Numbered from the stretch's first letter, positions 48,704-61,265 are shown. The stretch: 64,000 bases of DNA from an uncultured Acidobacteriota bacterium (GCA_963777605.1 CAVZRV010000030.1:224001-288000), one strand, 5' to 3'. Program-made: numbers and translations. The notes: generated by a model from the sequence alone, not told the origin.

Positions 48704-51700
48704 CTAGAAGTCGTACCTCAAGCCGAACTGCATAACTCGCGGCGCACCCTGGATACTGGTGATGTATCCGAAAGTGGGCGCGATGGCTCCAATCTGGGGA
48801 TCCGGTGCGGTGCTGTAGGCACCCTCGGACCCGGACGGGAAACCCAGCCGCTGGGTATTGGTCGCGTTGAAGACTTCCCATCGGAACGTCATCGAGTGAC
48901 CTTCGGCATAGGGCATCCGGAAACGCTTGCTCAGGCCGAAGTCCAGCGCAACGTATCCCTGTCTCCGGAGCACGTTGCGGTCTCCGCTTTCACCGGCCAT
49001 GGCGTCACGGAAGCTGTTGTACGCGTACTGCGCATCCTCGAAGAAGTTGGGATGATCGCCGCTCTTGGTCGGAGAAACCTTCGGGTCGCGAATCCGGGTA
49101 GCATAGCTGCTCAGCTGCCAGTTGGTGGCCCAACGGCCTGCCTCGGACGGGCTGCTCACGGGCAGGCCCGAGTTCCAGCGGAAGATGCCGTTGAATCCCC
49201 AACCGCCCAGGATGGCATCGGCCACACCCGACATGTCGCTTCCCCAGGTCCGGCCGCGGCCGAAGGGCAGCTGCCAGAGCCAGTTGGCATTCAGCATCTG
49301 CTGAGTGTCGAAGTCGGACACCGAATAGAAGTCATTCAGCCGGAGCGGGTTCAGGATGAAGCCTGAGCCGTACGCCCCTTCGTTTTGGAGCCCTGAAGCG
49401 TTGTCCATTGACTTGCTCCAGGTGTAGTTCACGTCGAAAGTGAGGGAATCGCGGAAACGCTGTCGGAAGCTCACCGCCAAGCCGTGATAGTCAGACTTCG
49501 AGATCGTGCTCCAGGTGGAGAGGGCTCCGTACTGAGGCTGGAAGAACATGTTGGGATAAATCCCATCATAGTTTAGATACGACTGCAGATAGGTCCAGTC
49601 CAGAATGTCGTAACCATCGCGAGATACGAAGGAGAAAATATTCTGGGTCGGAGTGAGCGTGTCGTCCCAGTACCAGGTGGCATAGGGGAACAGGTTGTCG
49701 AAGAACGGGATGCTCGACATCTGATCGATCGGCGTGTTGTTGACCCGGTTGTAGTACAACTGGGCCGCCGCCGTATAAAAGTCAGTTCCCGATTGAGGAT
49801 CGACCAGGTTGTTGAAATGCATGATGTCCCGGGTGGCCATCAGGTCCCGAGCCTTCCGGCCGATGTAGGAGGCTTCGATGTACATCCCACCAGGGAGATC
49901 CCGCCCCACAGAGAGGTTCCAGTTGTAGTTGACTGGCGTGGTAATCGTCGAATCCAGAGAACTTTCAATAAGCAGTCCATCATCGGCAGGCGCCTGCAGA
50001 GGAAAACGGACTGCGTCCGGGAGCGACGCCCCTGGGAGGTCCCGAACGTCCTGATTGAACCCGGTGAACAATGGGCCCGGGCGGTCTGTCACGTTGAAAG
50101 CGTTCGGCGATGTGGTGTCACTGTAGACGAAGCCGAGGGCGTTGTTGAGGTCCCACGTAACTGCCATGGCACTCCCGATACGGTCATACATCATGGCAAA
50201 GCCGCCCCGGATCACCGACTCGCCCTTGGAACCGAAGATCGTCTTCAGGATTCCCTCTTCGAACTGGGGCGTGTAGGCAAATGAAACCCGGGGAGCGAAG
50301 TTGTTCCAGTCGGTTTTGTACCAGCCCGGACGATTGTAATAGGGTCCCGACAAGTCAACCGACACGAGCTCATTGTACGGAACACCCTTTTTCATACCTT
50401 CGACGCGACGGTCAAAATAGTCACCGAGGGGTACGGTCGGCGCGACCTGGAAGCCAGTGGTCTCGTTGACCGGGGTATTGACGCCCCACCGAATTCCGAA
50501 ATTCAGCGTCATCCGGTCGGTAGCCTGCCAGGTGTCCTCCATGTAAAGGTCGATATTCTTGGGTGGCAAACTGGCGATCGGTGGGAGTTCCACTCCCCAA
50601 GAGGTCGCCGTTAATACCGTATGTGCCGTTGGCGCTGTATTGAGTATAACGCCCCAGCAGGGCCGTGAATGCGTTCCGGAGCGGGGCCTTCAAGCCCGAT
50701 TCGTAATCATCGAGTACGTCCGTCGCGCTCCCTGAACTCGCATAGTAAGAAGGGTTCGTCGTCGCGTTATCGTAAGCGGATGAGTAACTCCGCCGGTTGT
50801 TGTTGATCAGCCGGATATTGGTCCCGAACTGAAGCGTGTGATCACCGACGATCCAGGAAGTATCGTTGGTGAAGTTCTGCAGCGGCGTCGTCCGTGAAAG
50901 ACTGTAATCGGCGTTGTTCTCATAGTAGACATTCCGGAACGAGATGTCGTTGTCAAACTGGTCGCCGCCATTGGTGAATCCCTGCCGGGTGATTCCATAA
51001 CGAAACGTGTTGATCAACGTCGGGGTGATGTTCCAGGTGTGGCCGACTGCGATCCCAATCGGGTGCGTCCAGAGGCCGGGCGAGACGGTGTCAGGCCAGT
51101 ACTGGGCCTGGCTCTCGTGGTCCCACTGATAGTTAGCCCGGATGAATAAGGAATGCTTATCGCTCGGGAGGATGTCGATTTTCGCGATGTAGGTGTTGTA
51201 ATCGAGCGGTAGCCCCGCGTTGAAGCGGTAGGCGCCGATGTTCAGGTTGTCGCCGTCACCGGTGTCGTTTGCCGGCAGGCGAGAGGCGATGTTCTTAAAT
51301 GCTGCCGCGGCCAGGGGGTTCACGCCGCCTACGTCGGGAAAGAGCGCCTCGATGTCTGCTGGGCCCAACTCGATCATTTCGCCGGCGCTATTCCGGTAGC
51401 GCATCTTCCCCTCACCCATGTGAGCCAGGGGAACAGTGTGAAGCTGGGTTGCCTGCTTGCGGTCTTTGCGGCCCTCGTAATTGAAGAAGAAGAAGACCTT
51501 GTCCGTCTTGATCGGCCCGCCGATGGTGCCACCGTACAGGTTTCGGATCAGAGCGGGGCGATCAACTCCAACGCGATTGTTGAAGAAGTTGTTGGCCGTC
51601 GTGACGGTGTTCCGGTGGTACTCATAGGCCGAACCATGGAACTCGTTGGTCCCGCCCTTGGTAACCAGCGAAACCTGGGCGCCGGAAGAACGGCCCTGCG

Positions 51701-52364
51701 AACCGGTGGGGCTCGAAGTCGTCACGCGGAATTCCTGAACCGAGTCCGGGGTTACGCGCAGGACGGATTCAAAAGCGGTTCCCTGCTGCTGCTCGTTAAC
51801 GTCGATACCGTCGAGCGTCAAGTTTGACTGGTCGCTTCTGGCACCCGACACGTAACCGTCTTCGGTAACACCGGTCTGAAGGCTCAGCAATGAATAAACG
51901 TTTCGGGATTCCAGGGGGAGATCGACGATCTGTTCGGTGTTGAAGGCATTTCCGATTGAGCCGTCGATTTCGTTCATCAGCTTCTGGGTCGAACCCGAAA
52001 CCGTGATGATCTCAGAGACTGAACCCAGTTCCAGCTGCAGCGTGAGCGAGCGTGGCGTGTCCACCTGAAGGCGGATGTCGTTCTGTTCCAAAGTCTTGAA
52101 TCCCGGCAACTCAGCTCTGACGTTGTAAAGTCCGGGCGGCAGCATGAGAAATCGGAAGCGGCCTTCGTTGTCGGTCACGACTGCACGTTCGTTGCTGTTG
52201 GCCTGATTGGTCAGCGTAACATCGGCACCCGGAACCACCGCCCCCTGCGGGTCGGTGAGGACCCCGGTCAGTTCCGTGGTCTGGGCCATCAGCGGGGACC
52301 CCGCCAATAAGGCCAGGAACAACCCAGCCCCCAACAATACGAGTACCTTCTTCGAACCAGTCAT
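48704..52364 (-). CDS. Oar-like TonB-dependent receptor, copy B; one frameshift near 50550
   Basis: DPQGAVVPGA.VTL.N, TDNEGRFRF..LPPGLY, LDGID, DSVQEFRV, KGGTNEFHGS.YEYHRN, NNFAPR, YTWSKS.D, PRVMQFGLRYDF; ORFs 50421-52376 and 48704-50593 join at FATQEY/DLYMEDTW. Confidence 0.88.
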
Positions 52365-52512
52365 AGTTTCCTCCACCCTTCCAGTTGACAGTTTCGAACA
52401 GTTCGGACTCTCCGCTGAGAGTCCTGAGAATGATCATCTAACAATTCGTGGGCAAATTAGCAACACCCTATAGCTAAACATCGCAGGCAAGAAACTACCC
52501 CCACCAAGCTCC

Positions 52513-52528
52513 TGCAATATCAGTACCA
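52513..52528 (-). promoter_or_regulatory. Sigma-54 (-24/-12) promoter candidate for receptor copy B
   Basis: Minus strand TGGTACTGATATTGCA = GG-N10-GC, matching TGGCAC-N5-TTGCW, about 150 nt upstream of the start. Confidence 0.6.
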
Positions 52529-52836
52529 GCACTCTTGGTGTGAGCAGTTAAGCGTTGATTGCGTATACACTTACAGTACTTTCCCTGGAAATCTTCTGGC
52601 TTGGTGGAAGAGCCTTGATTCAAAAAGTCGAATCAGCCGCTTCAATTCTTTGAATTCAGACTTTTTGACCTTTCGGTTGCCGAACCGACGCACCGTGTGC
52701 CGGGGACTCGTGGACAGAGGCGGGGCCTTCGCTGAGGTCGATCAAGGGCCATTTTTGGCATGGTCGAGCGAATGGTTGATATACTCTATAGCCACGCCAC
52801 TTCGAGGCGTAGAAGCACTGTTTTGAGAGATCGCTC

Positions 52837-54477
52837 ATGAACCTGATCATGCCCGGGAGCCTTGCGAAGTGGTTCCGACGTCCCGTCCTTTGTGTCGTCC
52901 TGGTTTTCCTCATGCCGACATTTGCGGCGCTGCGAGCTCAAGACAAGAAGAAGGACTTGCGGCAAGAAGAATCTGTCGATTACTACGACAAGTGGCTCAA
53001 CGAGGACGTCGTTTACATCATCACCCCGCAAGAGCGGGAAGTTTTTGAAAAGCTCACGAATCCCGAAGAGAAAGAGCGCTTTATCGAGCAGTTCTGGTTT
53101 CGGCGGGATCCCGATATGTCCACGCCGACAAATGAATACAAGGAAGAGCACTACCGTCGGCTGGCCTACGCCAATGAGCGGTTCAAGAGTGGCGTTCCCG
53201 GGTGGCGGACCGATCGAGGGCGCATCTACATCATTCACGGGGCCCCTATCGAAGTTGAATCGCACAAGATGGGCCAGAGCTACACGCGCCCGACCAATGA
53301 GGGCGGTGGCCAGACCGTCACTTACCCGTTCGAGATCTGGCGCTATCGCCACATCGAGGGTCTGGGGGACGATATTCAAATTGAGTTCGTCGATCCCGGG
53401 GGAAGCGGTGAGTTCCGAATCGCCCTGACTCCCTGGGAAAAAGACGCGCTGCTGAATATTCCGAATTCAGGCCTGACAATCGCGGAAGAGCTCGGGGTGG
53501 CGACCCGCCGGGATCACCCCTATTTCAGCCCCGGCAACTACGACAGCTATTTTGGGATGCATACGACCATCAGGGACGATCCCTTTATCCGATATGAGAC
53601 GCTGGCCAAGCTGCAACAGGCTCAGCCGATCAAGTACAAGGATCTGAAGGAACTCGTTGATGTCAACATCAGCTACGACCAGGTTCCGTTTCAAACGCGG
53701 ACCGACTATTTCCAGTTGAGTGACCGGCAGGTGTTGAGTTCAATCAGCGTGGAATTACAAAACAAGGACCTTTCCTTTGCCCTTGAAAACGGCGTTAATG
53801 TTGCGCGGGTGGCGATCTACGGTATGGTGACGAGTATTTCGAATCATGTGGTCACCGAGTTCGACGACGATGTGGTTGCGTCGTACACCCCTGCCCAGTT
53901 GACCGCCGGACTTCAATCGCGTTCCATATACCAGAAGGTCCTCCCCCTGGATCGCAAGCTGCGGTACCGGCTGGATCTCATCATTAAGGACCTGGCATCG
54001 GGTAAGGTGGGCCACAAGCGAATCGGGCTGATTCCGCCTGGCGAAACCCCCGACAGGCTGGCGTCGAGTTCGGTGATTCTGTCTGATTCCCTGCAGGAAC
54101 TGGATCGCGTCCCGGAAGTTGACGAAATGTTCCTGCTCGGAAACGTGAAGGTCCGTCCGGTGCTCGACAAGACCTTCTCGGAGAAGGATCCGTTCTGGAT
54201 CTACTTTCAGCTCTACAACGCTCAACTCGATCAGTCGAACCTGACCCCGTCGCTGAAGGTGTCGTACCGGATCAATCACGAAGGGCGGAAGGTCGCGGAG
54301 TTTGTTGACCAAAGCGGGGAGAGCGTCCAGTTCTTTTCCGGGCAGAGGATTGTCCTGATCAGCCGGTTCCCGATCAACGGGTTCAAGGCCGGGACTTACG
54401 AGTTGGAGATTGATGTCGAAGACCAGCTCAGCGGGCAGTCCCTGAGTCTTCGGGATACCTTCAAGGTTTCGAGTTGA
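52837..54477 (+). CDS. GWxTD domain-containing protein
   Basis: KWLNEDVVYIIT..ER..F, FIEQFWFRRDP, EEHYRRLAYANERF, PGWRTDRGRIYI..G.P. Confidence 0.92.
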   Translation: MNLIMPGSLAKWFRRPVLCVVLVFLMPTFAALRAQDKKKDLRQEESVDYYDKWLNEDVVYIITPQEREVFEKLTNPEEKERFIEQFWFRRDPDMSTPTNEYKEEHYRRLAYANERFKSGVPGWRTDRGRIYIIHGAPIEVESHKMGQSYTRPTNEGGGQTVTYPFEIWRYRHIEGLGDDIQIEFVDPGGSGEFRIALTPWEKDALLNIPNSGLTIAEELGVATRRDHPYFSPGNYDSYFGMHTTIRDDPFIRYETLAKLQQAQPIKYKDLKELVDVNISYDQVPFQTRTDYFQLSDRQVLSSISVELQNKDLSFALENGVNVARVAIYGMVTSISNHVVTEFDDDVVASYTPAQLTAGLQSRSIYQKVLPLDRKLRYRLDLIIKDLASGKVGHKRIGLIPPGETPDRLASSSVILSDSLQELDRVPEVDEMFLLGNVKVRPVLDKTFSEKDPFWIYFQLYNAQLDQSNLTPSLKVSYRINHEGRKVAEFVDQSGESVQFFSGQRIVLISRFPINGFKAGTYELEIDVEDQLSGQSLSLRDTFKVSS

Positions 54478-54677
54478 ATCTTGCTTTCGGTTTGGTATTG
54501 GGAGAGATTGCATCTGTCTTGAGCCCAGGCGGTTGCTGCTGTAATTTGTGTGGTTAAGAATATTGGATTGAGATGGTCGGCGAAGTCCCACGGACAGTGG
54601 TTGTTGAGGGATCAGGGCTGCGAGATGTTGTTTGAGTCCACGAAGCTGACTGCTTGAAAGGGAGAGGGGAAGTACCA

Positions 54678-56006
<1,329 letters not shown>

Positions 56007-56039
56007 GTCAACCGTTAAGATCTGCGATTTGTGATGAGC

Positions 56040-56076
56040 GAGGGGGCAGCTGGTTTTCCAGTTGCCCCTTTTTTTG
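56040..56076 (+). terminator. Intrinsic terminator
   Basis: AGGGGGCAGCTGG-TTTT-CCAGTTGCCCC followed by TTTTTTTT. Confidence 0.8.
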
Positions 56077-56080
56077 TGGA

Positions 56081-56246
56081 CTTGAAACTGGAATTTGCAG
56101 GCGTCGAATTAAAACGCAAAGGCGCGAAGGCCGCCAGGGGTATTTTCGTTGAAAACAAAAGAGATCTTAGCGACTTAGCGGTTCAAGCCACCCGTGGGCC
56201 AGTTTCATGTGCTGAATAGTTCGCGCAGGACTCAGGTGCGGGGCTA
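56081..56246 (-). repeat. Family A palindromic element, copy 3 (inverted)
   Basis: GTCGAATTAAAACGCAAAGGCGCGAAGG..GTTGAAAACAAAAGAG..CTTAGCG..GCGGTTCAA..TTTCA..CTGAA..GCGGGGCT is the reverse complement of copies 1 and 2. Confidence 0.75.
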
Positions 56247-56337
56247 GATGAAGATCTCAAACGACCTTAATGCCGTCCCCCTTCCTATAGGTCCCACGGG
56301 TCCCATACGTCCGCGGGTTCCGCGCCAGGAGACACCC

Positions 56338-57690
56338 TCAGGGATGGTCGTCCTGCCTTTCGAACGGCCACTGGTGCGTGCCGCGGGCCACTGCCAGGAA
56401 AGCCAGCACCCCGATCGCCAGAGTTCCCAGGCCGAAAAGGATGAAGTGCAGGCCAAGGGACGAAAACACGTACAGGTATCCCACCAATGAGATCACCACC
56501 GGCAGTGGATAAAACCACATCTTGAACGGCCGTTCGATGTCGGGACGCTTGCGGCGGATAAGGACCACAGCGATCGCCTGGGCCGTAAACTGAATCACGA
56601 TGCGGGCGGCCATCAACCCCAGGATCACGTCCTCGAGCGAGAAGAAACTGGCGATCACTGCCCCGATCCCGATCAGGAGGAGAGACCGATGTGGGAATTC
56701 CTTGGTCGGGTGGAGCTCCCCGAGCCAGCGAAAGAATATGCCGTCCTGGGCTGCCGCATAAGGCACTCGGGAATAACCGAGGAGCAGGGCGTAAATCGAC
56801 GCGAATGCCGTGACTACGATTAGACCTGCCAGGACGTATTGTGCCCATGGCCCGTATACTCGGCCCATGAACAGCGCGCCGATCGACTGCGACGTCATGG
56901 CTTCGTCCCAGGGAACGACCCCGATGAAACCGAAAGAAATAACGACGTTGATGATGGCAACTGCGACAACTGAAAGAACCACAGCCCACGGAATCGTCTT
57001 GGCCGGGTTGCGGACTTCAGAGCCGAGATAGCAGACCTGGTAGTAACCAAGGAACAGATACAGGACGTTGGCCGTGCCTTCTCCCAATCCCTGGAAAAAG
57101 TGCATGTTGACCGTCAATGCGCCGGGAGGAAGGTTGAAGGCAATCGACGGGTCAAAATTGAAAATCCCGGTCAGCATGACCCATCCGGTCGTGACGATCA
57201 TGGTGATCCACAGCCCGAGCATGATCTTGGCGATGTCGGTGATCTTCCGGTAGAGGGCGAAGATCAGAAAGACCCCAATCCCGGCCGCCATAAACTTCAT
57301 CTGAAGGACGGTCATGGTCGGCCAGAACACCTTCAGGTATTGGACCAGCCCGATATTTCCACTCGCGATTTCAAGCGGGCCGGCAAAGAGGATCTGCCAC
57401 ACGAAGAGGAAAGCCATGAGCCTTCCCCACTTGCGGGGGCCGTAACCCTCTCTGAGAAAGACATAGGTTCCGCCGGATGCGGGAAGCGCCGCCCCCAGTT
57501 CCGAAACCAGGAGCCCGTCGGCCAGGGCGATCACGACTCCGACAATCCACGCGATGTAGGATTGAGGGCCTCCGAGGGTCGCAATGATAAGTGGAATCGC
57601 AATAAAGGGGCCGATTCCGACCATGTTGGACATGTTGATCGTGGTCGCGTTCAGGATTCCCAGTCGTCGATGCAAGGCCGGTTGAGACAT
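56338..57690 (-). CDS. APC family amino acid/amine permease
   Basis: NMVGIGPF, SELGAALPASGG.Y..L, SEVRNP.KTIP, SRVPYAAA.DG.F, RPFKMW.YPLP; about 12 TM. Confidence 0.92.
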   Translation of the reverse strand: MSQPALHRRLGILNATTINMSNMVGIGPFIAIPLIIATLGGPQSYIAWIVGVVIALADGLLVSELGAALPASGGTYVFLREGYGPRKWGRLMAFLFVWQILFAGPLEIASGNIGLVQYLKVFWPTMTVLQMKFMAAGIGVFLIFALYRKITDIAKIMLGLWITMIVTTGWVMLTGIFNFDPSIAFNLPPGALTVNMHFFQGLGEGTANVLYLFLGYYQVCYLGSEVRNPAKTIPWAVVLSVVAVAIINVVISFGFIGVVPWDEAMTSQSIGALFMGRVYGPWAQYVLAGLIVVTAFASIYALLLGYSRVPYAAAQDGIFFRWLGELHPTKEFPHRSLLLIGIGAVIASFFSLEDVILGLMAARIVIQFTAQAIAVVLIRRKRPDIERPFKMWFYPLPVVISLVGYLYVFSSLGLHFILFGLGTLAIGVLAFLAVARGTHQWPFERQDDHP

Positions 57691-57899
57691 GGCCCATGAG
57701 GCTATCACAGCTCTTGGGCGGAAGCGATGCCGAGAGCGGAGAAATTGAGGGGTGAAGAGTGGATGGTTGGGACCGCTTCCGGCAAGGTCTTGCTCCAGGG
57801 AGAGGGGCGCGAACCTGAAACTTCATTTTGGATGAGTTTCTGGTTCCTGGTTTCTCGTTCCCGGTGGAGAGTAATCCAGGCAGGCCCTGCCTGGGATGG

Positions 57900-58105
57900 C
57901 GCCCGGGCAGCTTGCCCGGCGTTTCCCGTTCCCTAAGCTGCAGTCGCCGACGTCGAATTGAAACGCGAAGTCGCCAAGATCGCCAAGGGCATCATTGTTG
58001 AAAGTAAGAGATTTCTTTGCGCCTTAACGCCTTCGCGGTTGAAAACACTCGTGGCCAGTTTCACTTTCCGAATGATCCGCGGGGGGCGCGGCCGGAGCGG
58101 GGCAG
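57900..58105 (-). repeat. Family A palindromic element, copy 4 (inverted), with adjacent family B palindrome
   Basis: GTCGAATTGAAACGCGAAGTCGCCAAGATCGCCAAG..TTGTTGAAAGTAAGAGATTTCTTTGCGCCTTAACGCCTTCGCGGTTGAAAACACTCGTGG..TTTCACT..GATCCGCGG..GCGGGGC. Confidence 0.85.
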
Positions 58106-58180
58106 ATTTGAAAGGAATGCCCAAAAAGGTTAACCTAGGATGTAACAATCCAATCATTATTGCCATTGGAGGATAATCAA

Positions 58181-58864
58181 ATGCGACGAACCTTTCCTTT
58201 CATCATAGTCATAGTTTCTCTATTTTCTGCCGCTCTGGCTTCAAACGCGACGACGGATTCCAGGGATGCCGGGATCCTGGGCGATTACCTGGAAGTGAGG
58301 ACCGCCGACGTCTGGACGGGACCCTGCTTTGCGAACGGTGAGGTGAACCTGGTGGGCAAGGAGGCCTTCATGGCCTGGCGCGTCCAATCGGGATCTTGGG
58401 ACGGGGTCAGCCTGGACGGGCTCAAGGTAGTGGCGGTGCTTCGGTCGAATCGTACTTTGGGAGACCCGTTTGCCCGAAACATGAAGACACGTTCCCTGCT
58501 TCTGGTGGATGATCGAGCCTCCAGGGAACAGACAGATGCGCTCGTCCGGTTTGCCCGGACCATGGGAGGCGAGTTGCTCGACGACGTGGCAGGGGTCGAG
58601 TCGGTGCCGATTAACATGGAAATCGTTGCCGATAGCGGGATGGCATCGCTCAAGGCAGGTGGTATATTGGATATGCAAACGCGGGCGCTCAACCATCACG
58701 ACATTCATTGCGGCAACGAAGCGGTTTACTACCCGCCCTTGGCCGCGACGACGTCCGCGAAGCCGGCGTTTGCTTTGGCAAACCGGTTCAGCGGGGATGG
58801 TCTGGGCGTGACGTGGAGTTGTCCGAGCAAGCGAAGTGCCTTCATTGGCACATTTGCCCGTTGA
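58181..58864 (+). CDS. DUF1326-like secreted protein
   Basis: Signal peptide; GDYLEVRTADVWTGPCFANGE..G..DGV.LDGL; CGNE..YYPPL. Confidence 0.7.
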   Translation: MRRTFPFIIVIVSLFSAALASNATTDSRDAGILGDYLEVRTADVWTGPCFANGEVNLVGKEAFMAWRVQSGSWDGVSLDGLKVVAVLRSNRTLGDPFARNMKTRSLLLVDDRASREQTDALVRFARTMGGELLDDVAGVESVPINMEIVADSGMASLKAGGILDMQTRALNHHDIHCGNEAVYYPPLAATTSAKPAFALANRFSGDGLGVTWSCPSKRSAFIGTFAR

Positions 58865-58907
58865 TCTTGAGCTAGAGCGTTCTAAGGCAGGACGCAGGAG
58901 GAATCTG

Positions 58908-59555
58908 ATGGTTCGACAATTTGGTCTGGCGGTGCTTCTGGTGATGGCGAGCATCTCGTTCGCTGTGGCTGCCGATGTCACGGTAACCAAAGGGGATGCT
59001 CAGTTGCCCGATCAGGTGCCGGAATCGGTGAAAGCCCTCATGCAAAGCGAGGCCATCACGGTTTCCATCGATGGAAAGCCGCTGGCCCATTTCTGGGTTC
59101 GGTCTGAACTGCCGAGCGTTGCTTCCCCGGGTAGTGCACTGGGAGTTAACTTCACCAAGGTCCAGGAAGGTGGGCTGCTCGGCGTGGTCCAGTTCGTTGC
59201 CGATTGGAGTGACTACAAAGAGAATCCGATTTCTCCAGGCGTCTACACCTTGCGTTACGAGCATCTTCCGTCGGACGGCAACCACATGGGCGTGGCTACC
59301 TACCGTGATTTTGTGTTGCTGGTCCCGGCTGCCGCGGATACCGACCCCAACCAGTCCATGGCCTACGAGGACCTGGTTGCCGCCAGTGCCGGCGCGACCG
59401 GCGTGCCGCACCCGGGTGTGCTGGCCCTGTTTCCGATCTGGGATCAGGTGGATGGCCCGACGATCGTCCAGAACGACATGGATCAGCCCACCCTGGCAAT
59501 CAAGATCGGCGACACCGTGATCGGGTTCGTGGTCGAGGGCCACGGAGAGATTTGA
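58908..59555 (+). CDS. Conserved secreted hypothetical protein
   Basis: AGGAGG RBS; signal peptide; DY..N.I.PGVYTLRY..P.DGNHMG..RDF.LL.P..HP. Confidence 0.75.
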   Translation: MVRQFGLAVLLVMASISFAVAADVTVTKGDAQLPDQVPESVKALMQSEAITVSIDGKPLAHFWVRSELPSVASPGSALGVNFTKVQEGGLLGVVQFVADWSDYKENPISPGVYTLRYEHLPSDGNHMGVATYRDFVLLVPAAADTDPNQSMAYEDLVAASAGATGVPHPGVLALFPIWDQVDGPTIVQNDMDQPTLAIKIGDTVIGFVVEGHGEI

Positions 59556-59613
59556 GGCTTCCGATGGGTCCGACTTGTCTGCCAAGTCGGACTGGTTAGG
59601 CTGGAGGTTCAGG

Positions 59614-61053
59614 TTAGCCCCGGGGGGGTGATACCAGTCGGTCGGCAAGAAGCCCGACACCCACGGTGGTCGAAGTCCCGATCAGGACGTACCAGGTCCA
59701 GGCCAGGGGCGTGAACCAACCGATCCCGACCAATGCGAGCAACCCGGCAATCATTCCTGCCAGGCCGGCGGTTTCGGACGGGCGCCGGCTCAAGGTGCCG
59801 AGCAGGAAGATTCCGAGAACGCTGCCCATCGTGAAACTGGTGATGGTCAGGCCTGCCTGAAGAACTTCTCCCCAATTACGTGCCAGGAACGACACTAGAA
59901 TGAGCGCAATCCCCCAGCCCAGTGTGAAAAAGCGGGATGCTTTGAAGTAGTGCGATTCTTCTCTGCCGGGACGGATGAAGTTGCGGTAGAAGTCGTTGAC
60001 CGAAGACGAGGACAGGGAGTTGAGCGACCCGCTCAGCGTTGACATGGCGGCTGCAAAAATCGCCGCGATGATGAGGCCCGAGACGCCCGGCGGCATTTCC
60101 TCAACGATGAAAATGGGCAGGATCCGGTTGACCTGGTCAAGGTCCTGGTTCAGCGGGTGATGCTGGTAAAAGGCGTAGAGCATCACGCCGATCAAGAGGA
60201 ACAGGAGGAACTGGAAGATCACCACCACTCCGCTCACGATGAGGGCGATCTGACTCCGTTTCTTGTCACCGCAGGCCAGGTAGCGCTGCACCATCAGTTG
60301 GTCGCTGCCGTGGGTGGCGAAGGTCAGGAACGCCCCGCCGATCAGCCCGGCAAAAATGGTGTAAGGTTCGACCAGGTTCCAGTTCAGGTCGAAGACCCGG
60401 AACTTGTCGGAAGCGGCGGCGACGGTCGTGACTTCGGCCCAGCCCCCCGGGATCCGGCCGAGGATCATGAAGAATGCAAGAATTGCCCCGCCGATGTAGA
60501 CCGTGAGTTGGATGACGTCGTTCCAGACTACCGCCGTCATACCGCCGTAGAAGGTGTACAGGATGGTCACGCTCCCGATAATGATGACCGCCCAGATATC
60601 CGATATCTGGGTGACCACCGAAAGAACGAGTGCCGTCGCGAAAAGCCGCACGCCGTCCGCAAGTGCGCGAGTGATCTGGAAGATCAGGGCCGACAGGTTG
60701 CGGACCCGTCCCCCGAACTGGTGGTTCAGCAGTTCGTAAGCGGTCTGCAGTTCCCCACGGAAGTAGCCGGGGATCAGGATGATGGCGACCAGGATCTTGC
60801 CGAGCAGGTAGCCGAAGGTTAGCTGGAGGAAGGTCAGATCTCCCGTATACGCAATCGCCGGGGCGCCGATGAAGGTCAGCGTGCTGGTTTCGGTTGCGAC
60901 GATGGAAAGGGAGATTGACCACCACGACATGTGGCGTCCCCCGAAGAAGTAGTCGCGGGTGTCTTTCTGGCCCCGCCCCAGCCAGGTTCCGAACGCTGCC
61001 GTGGCGATCAGGTAGATGGTGAGAATGCAGTAATCGAGAACGGTGAATCCCAC
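59614..61053 (-). CDS. Sodium:solute symporter (SSS family)
   Basis: DYFFGGR..WW..SIVATETSTLTF.G.P, GGM.AVVW.D.IQ, DQLMVQRYL, AAAMSTLS; GTG start (MGFTVLDY). Confidence 0.92.
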   Translation of the reverse strand: MGFTVLDYCILTIYLIATAAFGTWLGRGQKDTRDYFFGGRHMSWWSISLSIVATETSTLTFIGAPAIAYTGDLTFLQLTFGYLLGKILVAIILIPGYFRGELQTAYELLNHQFGGRVRNLSALIFQITRALADGVRLFATALVLSVVTQISDIWAVIIIGSVTILYTFYGGMTAVVWNDVIQLTVYIGGAILAFFMILGRIPGGWAEVTTVAAASDKFRVFDLNWNLVEPYTIFAGLIGGAFLTFATHGSDQLMVQRYLACGDKKRSQIALIVSGVVVIFQFLLFLLIGVMLYAFYQHHPLNQDLDQVNRILPIFIVEEMPPGVSGLIIAAIFAAAMSTLSGSLNSLSSSSVNDFYRNFIRPGREESHYFKASRFFTLGWGIALILVSFLARNWGEVLQAGLTITSFTMGSVLGIFLLGTLSRRPSETAGLAGMIAGLLALVGIGWFTPLAWTWYVLIGTSTTVGVGLLADRLVSPPRG

Positions 61054-61179
61054 TGGGCGAGAATCATAACCCATCCGGGGGAGGATTGCGCGGTGAAGGC
61101 GCAAACTCAGTTTCACCTCTTTGACTTATCCGGCGGCGCCGGGGGATGTCTCCGACAGTTTCCTGCCAGCTTCGAGTCC

Positions 61180-61260
61180 AGAGAAGCTTCCGCTTCCCGC
61201 GGGTCAGTTGCTGCCTACCCGGAAGGGCAAGAAGCGGAAGCTTTCTCTTCCATCTCCAAA
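61180..61260. repeat. Family C REP-like palindromes
   Basis: AGAAGCTTCCGCTTCC ... AAGCGGAAGCTTTCTCTTCCATCTCCAAA, matching 44761-44793. Confidence 0.5.
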
Positions 61261-61265
61261 TTTGG

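Noticed and set aside
44852-50593. Programmed frameshifting or phase variation in the receptors
   Set aside because: Shift sites lack slippery heptamers or long SSRs and differ between paralogs; error or decay is more parsimonious.
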